64,000 bases of DNA from Podarcis erhardii (lineage: Eukaryota). Both the position numbers and the translations under genes were made by a program. The notes beneath the pieces are model-generated. The model was not told the DNA's origin and searched no databases. It worked only from the letters and a program-made list of their open reading frames with translations. Position 1 is the first letter of the stretch. The number at the start of each line of letters is the position of its first letter. Positions 1 to 12,292 of this stretch are shown here, in pieces. The DNA lies in assembly GCA_964252035.1 (NCBI GenBank), contig OZ176200.1. The stretch is one strand, 5' to 3'.

Positions 1-378
1 ATTCTATGAATACAACTCATTTTCATCAGACTCAGGTGGCTGAAGTTTGCTTTGGTTCTACAGGCGTATGTGTGAGAGAGGTTCAAGGGAGGACCGAGTT
101 ATATATAATTGAATGAAAACATATACGTAGCTTGTCTTGGTGCAGGGAGAGCCAACCCCCAACACTTTCCACACCTGAAAGCAAAAATAATAATCTGGGC
201 TCTTCCAGCATGACCTGCTTTCACCTTTTTTAAAAATGGCATTTTGAAGGCCCTTCAGATAGGACTTATATCAGGAATGGGAGGTGCCTTATGGCCTGCT
301 TGCTGCTGCTGGACCTCAACCATGACCATTTGGTCCTGATGGCTGAGGCTCAAGGGCAGCAGGTGGAGGACCACAGTT

Positions 379-489
379 CATAGAATCATAGAATCTTCTA
401 ATTGTAGAGTTGGAAGGGACCCCAAGGGTCATCTAGCCCAACCCCCTGCAATGCAGGAATCTCAACTAAAGCATCCATGACAGATGGCC
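379..489 (-). mobile_element. CR1 LINE 3' end fragment
   Basis: catagaatcatagaatc is the reverse complement of the CR1 (ATTCTATG)n tail; ~100 bp nearly identical to 36580-36665. Confidence 0.85.
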
Positions 490-1650
490 CTCTGTCTCCC
501 ACAGACAGGAACAGCCTGCACTACAACATTTTGTTGAAGCTCCTGTGTGCACATAACCAATTAAGATCATACAAGTACAAGAGTTAAGGGGCAACTAGAT
601 GTAACTGTAGTAGGCCAATGTGAGAGGAGCAGGTTGCCATTGCTGTTCTCTAAAAAGGTGGAGAAACACCTGTAGGCATACAATAGGAAGCTAGAGAATC
701 TTTCCCCCACCTATGTTCTCCCCCCCAAAAAAGAAGCTTCTTCCATTTCTTCCCAGCTGAAACTGAAGTACCTCTACCAGGAGAAAAAACAGCTGATAAT
801 TGAAGCATCCTCTCCCCACCAGCCTATCCTGTGATTTTTAAACCCTCCCACCAATGGCTTTATAGGAAATTGGCACAACTCACTCTCTGGCCCATGACAT
901 TAAGTAAACCCCTTAATATACAAGGCCAGTATAATATTAACAGTGGGGTGGAATTCAATTGTGGGAGACAATTTCAAATGCAAGATTCAGCAAGTCAGCT
1001 CATGAATATATCTGAATTGTAACTGTAAAAAAAAAAGTTGCGGCTTTTATGAGCATTTGCTACATTTTAAAATGAAACGAATGTGTTACAGTGTTACCAG
1101 TCATGAGGCAAACAGGCCTCCTTTGCTCCACTTTCTTTTGGTTAAAGCAAAGGGATGTGTTATTTTGGCATGCACAGCTAGTAATATAGCCCCTGTACCT
1201 ACTTTGTTGGGAATAAGGCCCATGGAACCTAATGGGCTTTATTTCTGAGTGGACTGGTATTGGTTTGCACTGTGAATTGTTTGGTAATCACTTGGCATGT
1301 AGATTCATTAAGCTGCTCTGAGATCCAGGTACTACTGAGGAATGTTCCCATGTGGCCTGTGCTGTTCTCTCCCCATGCTCTTCCTTAGAGTCAGCTCTCT
1401 CTTTCAAGGTGGTCTCAGGCACACAAGAGGGAACTTAACTGTGTTTATTTCCACCTTTCATCAGCCCGGACCTGATGGCTTTCCTGTGTATCCACTTGAG
1501 ACAAATCCACAAGGTTGGAAATATCTAACTGAGGCATTTGACAAGCTGTGGCCATTCGTCTTTGATGCTGAACCCTTACCAAGGTGCTTACCCTGATTCC
1601 AACCTGCTCCAAGGGAGTGGAGTGTGGGCTCTGGCCTGAGTGCTTAGGGG

Positions 1651-1775
1651 CAGGGGTGAATAACCTGGCATCAGATGTTGCTGAACTACACCCAGCATCC
1701 CTAATTGTTGGCCATGCTGGCTGGTACTGATGGACGATGGAGTCCCAGCAACTTGTAGAAAGCCACAAGGTCCAC
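1651..1775. mobile_element. Degenerate hAT-like palindromic MITE
   Basis: caggggtg start; cagatgttgctgaactaca...gagtcccagcaac core shared with the elements at 6304 and 49375. Confidence 0.5.
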
Positions 1776-4492
1776 ATGTTGTTGCTGGGAGGAGCAGGAG
1801 AGCTTGGCAGCAAGCAGGCCACATGGCAACACTGGCTCTTAAGCCTGCTACTAAGCCCCTGTTATCTCTGCTGCCCCATTGTCTCTGGACTCCTGTGGAG
1901 TAAACACAAAGATGCAAGCTTGTTTGCAGAAGATTCATCTAGGGATGGGAAAGAGCAGTAAACAAGGGTGTTTTTTTTTTGCTCCCTTGCTGTTCTCAGC
2001 CTGGTCTCCTATTACATTGGCCTCTGGTGGTGAAGGAGGGAAGGGGGGGGAGGGTAGGAAATCTGCCCAAGGTGAACATTGCTGAGTTGTATCTGAAAAG
2101 CGCAGCATTTAAATGTGGGAGGAGAGATCAGAGGATGGGATCATGCATACTCCCCTTTGCGCAGTGTTTATTTCAGGATGCTTCAGAAATGGCTCTCCTA
2201 ACAGAAACCACCAGCAAGAGAATAATGTAAGTGTAGCTTGTTCACTTTTGGCCTAAGGGGAGCAAGGGAAGCAGCTATTGAGAGGAAGAGGGAATTCTAT
2301 TCAAATGGAAAATGGATCAGTTCTGTGGTGACGGGGGAAGCCATTCTAATTTCAGTCTGAACATTATCTGAAATTACTGCTGCTGATGACAAAACAGTTG
2401 CTTCCTCCTCTCAAGGTGCCTGCTTTAGCTCCTGGGCTGTGGCTTGGGCAGGAGAGAATAGTTTAATAATGGGATCAAAGGATAGAGTGGAAAGTTGGTT
2501 ACCTAGAACCAAGTTCTCTGGCTGCTCACTTAAAAGTACCATTGACTTCCACTTCAAGAGAAAGGTGGAGATAAGCTAGCAGGCAGAATATGTGGTGAGA
2601 AGTGAGGAAGTGGGGGTGAAATAGTTTCTTCATTTGGGTTTGCATCTCCCCACTTGCATTTTTCTATGCCGTTATCTCTGAGTTTTGCCAAGATATTGTT
2701 ATGAGTGGGGGTGTCTGCATTGTTGACATGCCAAGCCATTTGAAGAGCCACATCACCTACCTCCTGTCGTTGCAATGCCCACATAGCGTGGAGGGATAGA
2801 GCGGGAATGGCCAGAGTGGTGCCTGCAGGTGAGCCCAGAGGTCTTCTCTGGTGCCCACAGGGTCTTTCCTTCTCCCAGGTTTGGCTTGAAAGAAGCACTC
2901 TGTGGGATTGGCTAATAGTCTATTGGCCAATAGGCTAGGCTGCAGTGTGTGCTTGGTTACAATGTATGTCTGCAGAGATGCCTTCCCACCCCCCAAATAA
3001 CTTGTGAACTTCAGACGCGGATTCCAGTTTTGAGGCTTCCTGGAAAACACACGCACACTTGTTTAGCCAGTTTGTCAGAATTAAGCAACCACTTGTGGGC
3101 GACTAACTGTGACCAGGGTCAATGACAAGTTGGTTAAACTAACAACATGAGGCAGATGTTAATTTGGAGCTGGGATTTTTGGTTGTCCTTAAGCCTCCTT
3201 AGCAAACAGAACACAGGACTGTGGCCTACACACGCGGCCTACAAGATGAGCCCAGGTAGGCTGGCGGGACTTTTGTTTCATCTGATGCAGCGTAGGTAGG
3301 GCTAGGGAGCACAGGTCACTACTTGTAGCTCACTGGGACGTTTGGGACCACACGGCAGAATTTCTGCCTCTACTTAGCCTCTGAGTTTTGGGCAGTTCAC
3401 CAAGTCACTTGTTGGCTTCCCACCTGTGGCATCCACTGCTACGCTCAGGATTTCAACTTCTGGCATGTTCCCGTGGACAGTTGGAAAGGCAACACGGTAC
3501 TCCGAAAGCTAAACCCTGTCCAGGAAAATGGCACAGAGACCTAAGCCCTCTCTTCCCTGGCAGCACAGTTAACATCCTTCCCCTATTCCACAGCTACTAT
3601 CACAACACAGGAGATCATGCTCACAGATCTCTACTTGCAACAATATCTCCTTTATTTTCTTTAAGAAATATTGAATCCCTAGAAGGGGGAGGGGATAACA
3701 GCAATCATACCTGTAATATGGGCGAATATAGCAAAACGCTAAAATAGTGCATTGCAAACACCTTGTTACTGGTTGTTATGGTTATTTCTTTGTTTAGAAG
3801 CCTGGATAGTCTGCAATACTTGCACCTTCCAGAATTAATATAGGACAGGGTAAATCTATACCATTGATTTGGACCAATTGCTTTGAGCAAGCTGAGCCTC
3901 TCTCTGTTTACAAAAATCACTTAGAGAGGCCACTTAGCTACACAGATGCTTGCATGCAGCACTGCATGCCAAATCACAGCAGCTCTCTAATAATGAAGGA
4001 AAATCAAATCACCATGTGTTGTAAACTGATAGGCGGTGTTGGTTTAGACTCAACTCAGTGCAGTGTTAACCATTAACAGAGGCAGAAGATGTTGGTAGCA
4101 TGCACACATTAAACCATTATTTCATTGTGCTGCTTCCAGACTATATTGGAGGCAAAATAGGGGAACTGCAAAGGTTAACATACTGTACCGAAATAATCAC
4201 AAATATATTTATCCCTCAAGGAGCTTAGTTGTGTGATCCTAAAATACTTTGGACAGACACTGCTTTCATTAATAGATTTCATGACCTACAAGTTGACGCA
4301 CACACCAATTTATTAATATCATTATTCTGGGTCTAAAGGGGAAAGCATTTTAAGATTTTTAATTCCAAGTTGAATCTTATGAAACAGCACTTGATTCAAG
4401 ACCAAATCAAATTGTTTTGAAATAATATACCAAACTACCTTTGGGCCATCACTGTGTTGCTCCTGCCTAGTACAGCAATTATTTCCCTGCAT

Positions 4493-4520
4493 CTGCACTG
4501 CACTGCACTGCACTGCACTG
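4493..4520. repeat. (CTGCA)n pentanucleotide microsatellite
   Basis: Five full units plus CTG. Confidence 0.9.
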
Positions 4521-5208
4521 GGGGCTGAGTAGGCTGTAAGTTACTAGAAAGTTGGTAATCCAGGATAGGTGGTATGGATTAATGGATAGAAAGCCAGCCT
4601 TGGACTCTGTCTAGGGTCACATTAGAAAGCTTGGGGCTAAGCCAGGAATAGATTGAACTAGATCACTGGTGGGATTCATTCCAACTCTACGAAAGGTCAC
4701 CCTGTCTGCCTTGTGCTGTTGTGAATGATGGCCATACGTTAGCTAGACTTTCCAAAGAACAGCAATGCTGTCTCTGAAGGCAGTGTTAAGTCTGGTTTAA
4801 AGTTGTCCAGAGCAAGAGTCTAGCAGTTAGGGGAGCTATATTTGATAGGTCAAAATACCCACTTTTGAAATTTATGATTGACAAAGAAGGTGCCCTGATT
4901 TCACTGAACAGGAGGAGCAACGTGTTGTTATAGATGACCAAGTATTGTTTGAGGACAAGCTGTTGTTGAATTGGTTTTTACCAGGTGTTGCTGTACTTTA
5001 AAAGAGCAACAGATCGTTTCATTTTTTAAAAAAATAACTGTACCAAATAACTTTTTGCAGCATGCCACAAATATAATTACACCCTTTAGAGCTCCTGCTC
5101 AAAAGTAAAGAGATGTCCCTCTTTACTTGTATGCCTCTAAAGACTTTTATCAGTTGACACATGCTTGGTGAATCATGATATTCATGATATTCATAACACA
5201 TAACAACC

Positions 5209-5314
5209 TGAAGAAGTATCTGAAGAAGTGTGCATGCACACGAAAGCTCATACCAAGAACTAACTTAGTTGGTCTTTAAGGTGCTACTGGAAAGAATTTT
5301 TTTATTTTGTTTTG
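5209..5314 (+). mobile_element. Penelope-like element 3' fragment with 11-bp TSD
   Basis: ctgaagaagtgtgcatgcacacgaaagctcatacc...ggtctttaaggtgctact resembles the Penelope terminal motif; ACATAACAACC at 5198-5208 and 5315-5325. Confidence 0.75.
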
Positions 5315-5616
5315 ACATAACAACCATAATATGGTTGTTTTGTGCTATTATATACTTGTATTTTATTGATAGGGTGCAATATATTGTTATTGTTTATATT
5401 TGTATATCTCTCCAGTAGACTCTAAAGTCATTATATGGCATTAATTATATATATATATTTAGTACCTTTATTTTTGGCATAGAAACTTGTAGCCTTTTTG
5501 GGGGAGGGGAAGCCAAATGTTTATAGCATGGTGTACCTCCACCACAGGGTCAAGACCCTGACAAACTTTTACACTCTCTCTTGTTTGGAAATGCAGGTAG
5601 CACTTCTGTCCTAGCC

Positions 5617-6159
5617 GGGGCCCCATCTGAACTATACATTGAAAGCAGTATCATGCCACTTGAAAGTCACAGCTTTCCCCAAATAATCCTGAGAAGAGTA
5701 CAGTCGTACTTTGGTTCTTTCTGGGAGTCCGTTTGACTCCCCAAACTGTTCAAAAATGAAAACGCAGCTTCTGATTGGTTGCAGAAGTGTCCTGCAGCCA
5801 ATCAGAAGCTGCACCAGACATTCGGCTTCCGAAAATCACTAGAAAACTGGAACACTCACTTCCGGTTTTCAATCATTCGGGAGCCGAAATGTATGAGTTC
5901 CAAGGTGTTTGGCAACCAAGGTACAAATGTAGGTTGTTAAGGGTGCTGAGAGTTGGTGGAAGAACCCTATTCCCCTCACAGAGCTTTCCTCTTTCCAGGG
6001 TACTCTGGAAATGGTAGCTCTATGAGGGAAATCGGGGTCTCCTAACAACTCGCTGCACCCTTAACAAACTACACACCCCAGGATATATTTTTTTGGGAGG
6101 GGGAGCCATAACTGTTAAACTGATGTGATACTGCTTTAAATATATAGTGGAGATGGGGC
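5617..6159. mobile_element. Long-inverted-repeat (foldback) non-autonomous DNA element, interrupted by a MITE
   Basis: Left arm ccccatctgaactatacattgaaagcagtatca...gttaagggtgctgagagttg pairs with right arm caactcgctgcacccttaac...tgatactgctttaaatatatagtggagatgggg. Confidence 0.75.
5701..5929. mobile_element. Tc1/mariner-type MITE (family B) nested in the foldback element
   Basis: TIR cagtcgtactttgg...ccaaggtacaaatg; TA on both sides (5699-5700, 5930-5931); internal ctgattgg...ccaatcag palindrome. Confidence 0.85.
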
Positions 6160-6303
6160 TTGCCTTGTATCTGGACTTGGGGGCCCTGCCTTGAGTCCTT
6201 CAGTGAAACAACTGTTCATTGCCTGGCTTCAGTTTTTACAAGGTGAACTGAAGTGGTTGCAGTGAGCTTTGTTATGTTGGTTTCTTCAACGTATGTTTAA
6301 TGG

Positions 6304-6423
6304 CAGGAATGTGGAACTTGTGACCAGATGTTGTTGGACTCCAACTCCCATCACCCTGGTGGCTGGGCTGATGGGAGTCAGTATTCTAGCAACATCTGGA
6401 GAACTGCAGGTTTCCCATCCCTG
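6304..6423. mobile_element. hAT-type MITE, 120 bp
   Basis: TIR caggaatgtggaactt / aggtttcccatccctg; 8-bp TSD TTTAATGG / TTTTATGG (7/8). Confidence 0.8.
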
Positions 6424-6911
6424 TTTTATGGTATTTGTAATGTGAACTTCTTGTGTATTGCCCTATCCTTGATGTGTGTCTCTTCATCCCCATTGTCAGT
6501 CTTGTCTGTTACATTTGACTCCTGATAGGCCATCCAGAGAGAAGTGCAAGAGCTGAGGGAGGCATTCCCTTTCCCACCAAGAGATCTTTCTCTAGGCTAC
6601 CTCTCTGTTCAATATAGAGGTGTTGCTTTTTAGCTGACAACCGGGGAGGCCATAATCTCATTGGAAAGTCACTTGTGGCAATTTGATGCTCAGGACCAGA
6701 GCTCCAAAATTAATTAACTCTCAAAGCAAGGCAAGGTGTCATTTCTTCCTTTGCACTTGAAGAAGTCAATTTTGGGAAAGGTACAGTGGGAAAAGCCTCA
6801 GGCAAATGATTTAGTATGGATTGCAGAGTTAATACTAATATAGATTATACAATATTAATTATCTATGCTTTGTTGGGATTGCTTTGGTTTTCAGAATAAA
6901 AAAAGACCAAA

Positions 6912-6912
<1 letters not shown>

Positions 6913-6948
<36 letters not shown>
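6913..6948 (+). repeat. (AC)18 microsatellite ~106 nt upstream of the IGF2 exon acceptor
   Basis: Perfect dinucleotide repeat. Confidence 0.97.
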
Positions 6949-6950
<2 letters not shown>

Positions 6951-7063
6951 AGTTTGATACTGTATTCCGTTTTCAACATTTCACAGCTGTTTGGATAATA
7001 TAGAAGGAACCGTTCTGTAGCCATTCTTAATGCCTTTGAATGTGTGTCTCTTAGGTGCAGAAG

Positions 7064-7217
7064 ATGTGCACCTCTAGGAGGATACTGCTGCTTGCCCTCA
7101 CCTTCCTGGCCTACACAGTGGATTCTGTTTCTGCATATGGTGCTCCTGAAACCCTCTGTGGGGGAGAGCTAGTGGACACACTGCAGTTTGTCTGTGGAGA
7201 CCGAGGTTTTTACTTCA
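7064..7217 (+). CDS. IGF2: IGF2 coding exon 1 (signal peptide + B domain); exon starts at 7055 after TTAG acceptor
   Basis: Translates [51 protein letters not shown]; [24 protein letters not shown] is the IGF-II B domain; donor A|GTAAGT at 7217/7218, phase 1. Confidence 0.98.
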
Positions 7218-7416
7218 GTAAGTATATTCTTTATGCACGGCCTTTGTTGACGTTTTTATGTGGTGTATTTCAAGTTTTGAAAACATATACATGAAATACC
7301 ATCTCAAAAGAAGCCCCTATAAGGTAGGCCAGTGCTATCTTCCTATTACTGGGCAATGTGACACTAACGAACCTGTATTCATCATATGTAAGTTACAAGT
7401 CTTTCCCTCATAACTG

Positions 7417-7445
<29 letters not shown>
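7417..7445. repeat. (TG)n microsatellite, IGF2 intron
   Basis: Direct reading. Confidence 0.95.
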
Positions 7446-7448
<3 letters not shown>

Positions 7449-8773
7449 AAAATGTAAAAGTTGAAATCCTTTGCCCACTGACCTGGGACTAAGCCTCATT
7501 AAACTTAGTGGGACTTACTTTTGAATAGACATGTGCAGGACTGTGGTATTAGTTCTCCGGCTCTCCTGCACTCATTTTCCTCTTACAGCTCATGGGTCTG
7601 TAAAAGGCCCTTCCTTCCCTTGTTTGATGAAGACCTATGTGTCCTGAGGGAAGGCAGAAGCCAGGGAGATCAAGCCAGGGAGCACACAGACAATGGGCTC
7701 CTGGTGGAACTGAGAGTCACCACTGGCGGACTTGGGGGTCTCAAATTCACACACCCTGTGCCTCTCACCTTCCATTGGGCACCATAATGGTGGCACCCTT
7801 GAGGCTCTGTGCCCAGTGCAACTGAACCGGTTGAGCTCCCTTAAATCTGTCTCTGGAGTCACTCTACATTTTACATCATATATTTTTTAGGGTTTTAAAG
7901 TTGTAAATGCCCTTAGCTGTTTTGGCAGAAAGGTGGTATATAAATACAATAAAATAAATAAGAAACATGAAGCAATTCCATCCCCGCCCATTGTTTACCT
8001 CTGGCAATGCTGTTGGTGGTGATGCCCTGCTTTATGGAGCTTTATTGCTTTGCTGTTGACTGGAGACGCAGAAGTTCTGTGAGACATGAAGTCTAATCCC
8101 ATGGATGCTGCAGCTAAACTGCTTAACCTAAAATGGGACTGGGGGTTATCTGAGATAGATCCCTGTACCATTTTGAGTCAGAGCTGCATTTGAGCAAAAA
8201 CACAGCTTACCTGGTTTCAGAAGAGTTTTGCCAAACTCTTTACCCAGCAAAGAGTGCCCACTACCACCAGAAACTTAAATTGATGGGTAGCCACATACAA
8301 TCCAATAATAACAATACCATCCCTGAAACAGTACTTTTGGGCAAGCAAGGAGTTTTCTTGCCCAAGGACAAGTCCCTCCAGCACACAAGATGATGGGGTT
8401 TGTGGAAGTGTTCCTTCAGTATAGGTTGGTTTATCTCTCAGAGCACCAATGTGCTGTGCTGCTTATGTCATTCCCCCTTGCAACCACCACGTGAGATCGT
8501 TTGTGATTGATGAGAAACTGGCTACTGTAAAGCATTTTGTTTTTTAGTTACACAGAGGATTAAAAAAAATGTGTTGCTATGTGGGAATCCGGTTGCGTTG
8601 CATTCTTCTGCACCTCTATGCTTCTGTGGCATTCTTGTATTCATGGTGCACTGGGAATGATGAAAACGATATTGGAAACAATGAGGGTGCCCCCACCCAT
8701 GGTATATCGGTACATCAGTCTGCGCATAGAGCCCTTTTCACGCACTGGCCACTCTTAGCCCACATAGCCTCAT

Positions 8774-8777
<4 letters not shown>

Positions 8778-8811
<34 letters not shown>
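8778..8811. repeat. (TG)n microsatellite, IGF2 intron
   Basis: Direct reading. Confidence 0.95.
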
Positions 8812-8814
<3 letters not shown>

Positions 8815-9847
8815 ATTGCATTTTAGAAGTGCATGGATTGGAGCTAGTGGTTGACATTTTAAAAGATCAATGACTGAGCTCAAAGCTTGCCTACAAGCCC
8901 ACCCACTTTGATTGGGACACCTTGCCTTTTAAGCCTAGATGTGACGTTGCGTTCTGGTTGCAAATCAGTGAGGGAAGCATGCTCAGCACATAACCAGAAG
9001 CATTCTCCAGTTGCTTCATATGTTCCCAAGATGGAACTCTTGGAACTGAATCTTGGTTCCAGGACTTGGATCCCTGACTTAATAACTGGGTATAATTCAT
9101 TCTAGAGTTATCATCATAGAAATGACAAGCTTTTTTGGCAAGGTGGTCAAGGATACAGAAAATTACAGAGTGCTCGTCAGTGAGTTCCAAGTGTTCTGCT
9201 GCAGTAGGAGAACAGAGGGTAACTTGGAGCACTTCAGCACAGAAAGACCTGCCAGTGTTTGCTGCCATAAACTAGACAGGAAGCATAGTATCTACCAGAG
9301 TCTGTATAGTAAGAATGCTGCGTGGCTCATTGTCCTGTCTGGCATCAAAAGATGTCCTTCCCCTACTTCCCATGTTGTAGTAGGTGGTCTGAAGTCTCCT
9401 CTGAAAACATTTTTTAGAAGGGAAGTTGCTTTTTAGGCTCTTTAATCTACCACTATGTCCGAAGGCCCCAAAGGTCAGGAGCCCAGCTGAGGCAATTCAT
9501 CATAGTCCTATTGAAGTCAGGCTTGCACTGAGTCCTAAGAGAGTTTGGCTCTCAGATGTTTTAAGTACCATTTCTTTCTTAGTGGGGGTGGGGATGCTGG
9601 TGGTGGCGCTGGAGAGAGGGGCTAGAGAGCTAAAAATACACTCTGGGTAGGGCTAGGAAGCAGATACTCCACAAGAAGCCTAATTAGTATTTGTTTTGCA
9701 CAATGTTTGCAAAACTAGTCACTTAAACTGCTGCAAAAAATGTATGAAGGGAGATGCTGCAGAAGGAACAGCTCTTGTTGCTTCCATATACCAACATCAA
9801 CCATAGACACAAAATCCAGAACACTGATCAGCATTTAAGGAGTTCTT

Positions 9848-9930
9848 GTATGTATGTATGTATGTATGTATGTATGTATGTATGTATGTATATTTGATTA
9901 TATCCCACCTTTCCCAGATAAGAAGCCTAG
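9848..9930 (-). mobile_element. (TATG)n microsatellite plus short L2-like 3' end
   Basis: About 10 TATG units followed by tatatcccacctttcc, resembling an L2 terminus on the minus strand. Confidence 0.5.
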
Positions 9931-10172
9931 TGTGGCATGTGGAACAGTGGCTGGTACTTGGAATAAACATTTTAGCTCTGAGGGGATTCCTCTCCACTCC
10001 CACCCAAAAAATTAAACCTCTCTCAGAAATTGGTAAGAGAGACCTGAATCTTTCTTCATAGACTAGAAGAGAAGAGGCGTCTGATTTCTGTAAACAACAG
10101 CTCCTGTTTCTTCCTTTCCAACAGCTGATAAGAATTTAGCTCTTTCCAGCCACTTATGCTGACAAAGCACAT

Positions 10173-10197
10173 TCTCTCTCTCTCTCTCTCTCTCTCT
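10173..10197. repeat. (CT)n microsatellite
   Basis: Direct reading. Confidence 0.95.
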
Positions 10198-11019
10198 GCC
10201 CCCCCTCCCCGTGCTGCAGAATAATACTAGGAAAAATAGGGAGGGGGGGAGAGAAGCTATTTTGGGGGAGGGGTTTGGAACAATGGCTGCTGCTGCCCAG
10301 CCATCTGACAAAGGACCACTTGTTGGTGCCCACATTCCTTTGACAGGGGAAGAGAGGATTGTTTACACCCAAAGTCTTCTTCCGCTTGACTTGGTGCTTG
10401 ATTGATCAGCCAGAAGTGGTTGTTAGGGGGCGTGCGAGGAAAGCGGGCACAGGTTTTGCTGGATCTTACAATTACTCGGAAGTGTGGCACATAAGTCCCT
10501 ATATGCAGGCACATACACAAGCCACTTCTTCCTTCGTACGCACATGTGCATTTGCAATACATTCCCAAACAACATTGCAAACACAACATAGGCTAGTTGC
10601 AATTCCTGTTTTTTTTTGGGGGGGGGAAGTGGGGGCAAGCAAACGAAAATCCCAAGAAGGCAAGGGGGATTCTGATTCTTCAGCAAATTAGTGTCTAGCC
10701 ACTGTGTCCGTGTCTGTCGCCTGCTGCTGTGTGGGTGCAGGATGCAGAGGCTGTATGTGCTGTTGAATGTGACCTCCTGGGTCTTTTCCTGAGAGGAAGC
10801 TCAAAAGATTGCATGACAGTGAATGGACCAAAGGGCCCCAAATATAGCTTACTGCTGAAAGTCAGCCAGCTTGAGCCTGAGTGATCTCTGGCTGGGGGAC
10901 CTCCTTCTGTACGGGGCCCCAGTAACACCTCTCCAATACGAAAGCAGCCTTCGTAATGAAGGTGAGTCAACTGAAAGGAGAAGGGACAATTTAAAGGAAG
11001 ACAGCCACCTACTCTCTGA

Positions 11020-11260
11020 TGTGAGCTGGCAGGGTGGGTTAGTGCCTAAGCTGTGGAGCAGAAACTGCCCAGGGTCAGATCTCATTTTGGCAGCAAGGCA
11101 GCTTTAAAGGAGGAGTTCTCTCAGCCTCAAGGAGTCAGCAATGTGGGGGTGACAATGCTGGCCTACCTTACAGGGCAGCTGTGAGGATGGATGAACTGGT
11201 GCAAATGTGCTTTGGACACCTGAGAGTTGTATATATGATTGCCCAAATACTTTTTATTAC
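11020..11260 (+). mobile_element. Old MIR/CORE-like SINE
   Basis: aatgctggcctaccttacagggcagctgtgaggat...aaatgtgctttg resembles the MIR core cctacctcatagggttgttgtgaggat. Confidence 0.6.
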
Positions 11261-12292
11261 TGTGTGCTCGTGTTATAGACTTGCTTTGTTTCATCTTCTC
11301 TAGTTAGCAGCAAAATCTCAGTTGTCTGCATGTGACTCTTGCATCACAGGCTAAGCTGTTGGGAAACTCACCACCTGACAGTGTGTATACATGACTGCAT
11401 TCTGGAATGAATGCTCAAACTAACCAGCACTATTTGTTTTTTGTTTTCCCCCCACTAGAAGAGCATTGCTTTCATTCATGGTGTGCAGAAATAGTTTTGA
11501 TATAGAATATCCTTGCTCGCTTCCCCCCACCTTTTATTGGGGTGGGGGTGGGAGTCTTGCATTGAATGGAAGGATATACTGAATTTTGGACAGTCAAATC
11601 CCTGTCCAATTATTTAACAGGATAATTGGATAATGTGGCCTATCCTAGGAAATATTTGGCAGTAACCATGAAAGAGAAAATAGCAGATGACAGATATAGA
11701 AAAGTTAATTCATTTCAGGCCAGGAAGACAGAAACAAACTGATAGAAAGCATACTGGAATTTCTCATGAAATGCCATGATGCACATTATATTTTGACCTG
11801 CAGAACAGTGGACACAGAATTGAGCATGCGTCAGGACAGCAAAGAGACACTTAACTCTAGCATGTTGATGCAACGTACTGTACATTAAAATGAAAGGATC
11901 TTGTTTCCTGGAATGATGAAAGTTGCGTATCCGTTAGCAGCCAAAATTCCAGCAAGGTCATTTTCCCTTGCTGTGTTTCAAATCACATTGGCACATCGTC
12001 TACACATCAGTATGGTGGAATGTGTTTCCAAATCACCTGCTCTCTGTCCACATGAATGAGCAGAGAATGGGCACGAATGTCTTCCATTGGCTTCTGTTTT
12101 CAAATCCAATTGAAGCTGGTTTGGAGGAAAACTCATCAAAACGCAGTATTTCTCAAGAAATTACAGGACAGATGTGGCTGGTGGCTGGTGTCATATGTAC
12201 AGAGCTTCACAAACCAGCAGAGTGAGCGCACTGGCTGCAGAGTTAAAGGGAATGTGTACACAGAGACAAGCACAAGAAAGGGTTTTTTTCCT

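Noticed and set aside
1-10. ATTCTATG at the window start as a CR1 tail
   Set aside because: A single unit with no visible upstream body
2134-2231. ORF MGSCILPFAQC...KRIM ending at a GTAAGT as the missing upstream coding exon
   Set aside because: The donor is phase 2, so joining it to 7055 puts IGF2 out of frame; no clear similarity to known long signal peptides
7218-7294. ORF-track extension of IGF2 exon 1 (SKYILYARP...)
   Set aside because: Intron read-through past the GTAAGT donor; homology resumes at 13386
10192-10254. Pyrimidine/purine hairpin in the intron that hosts miR-483 in eutherians
   Set aside because: Arm order is pyrimidine-first, opposite to miR-483; the loop is 29 nt; the arms are low-complexity sequence next to a (CT)n repeat; no seed match
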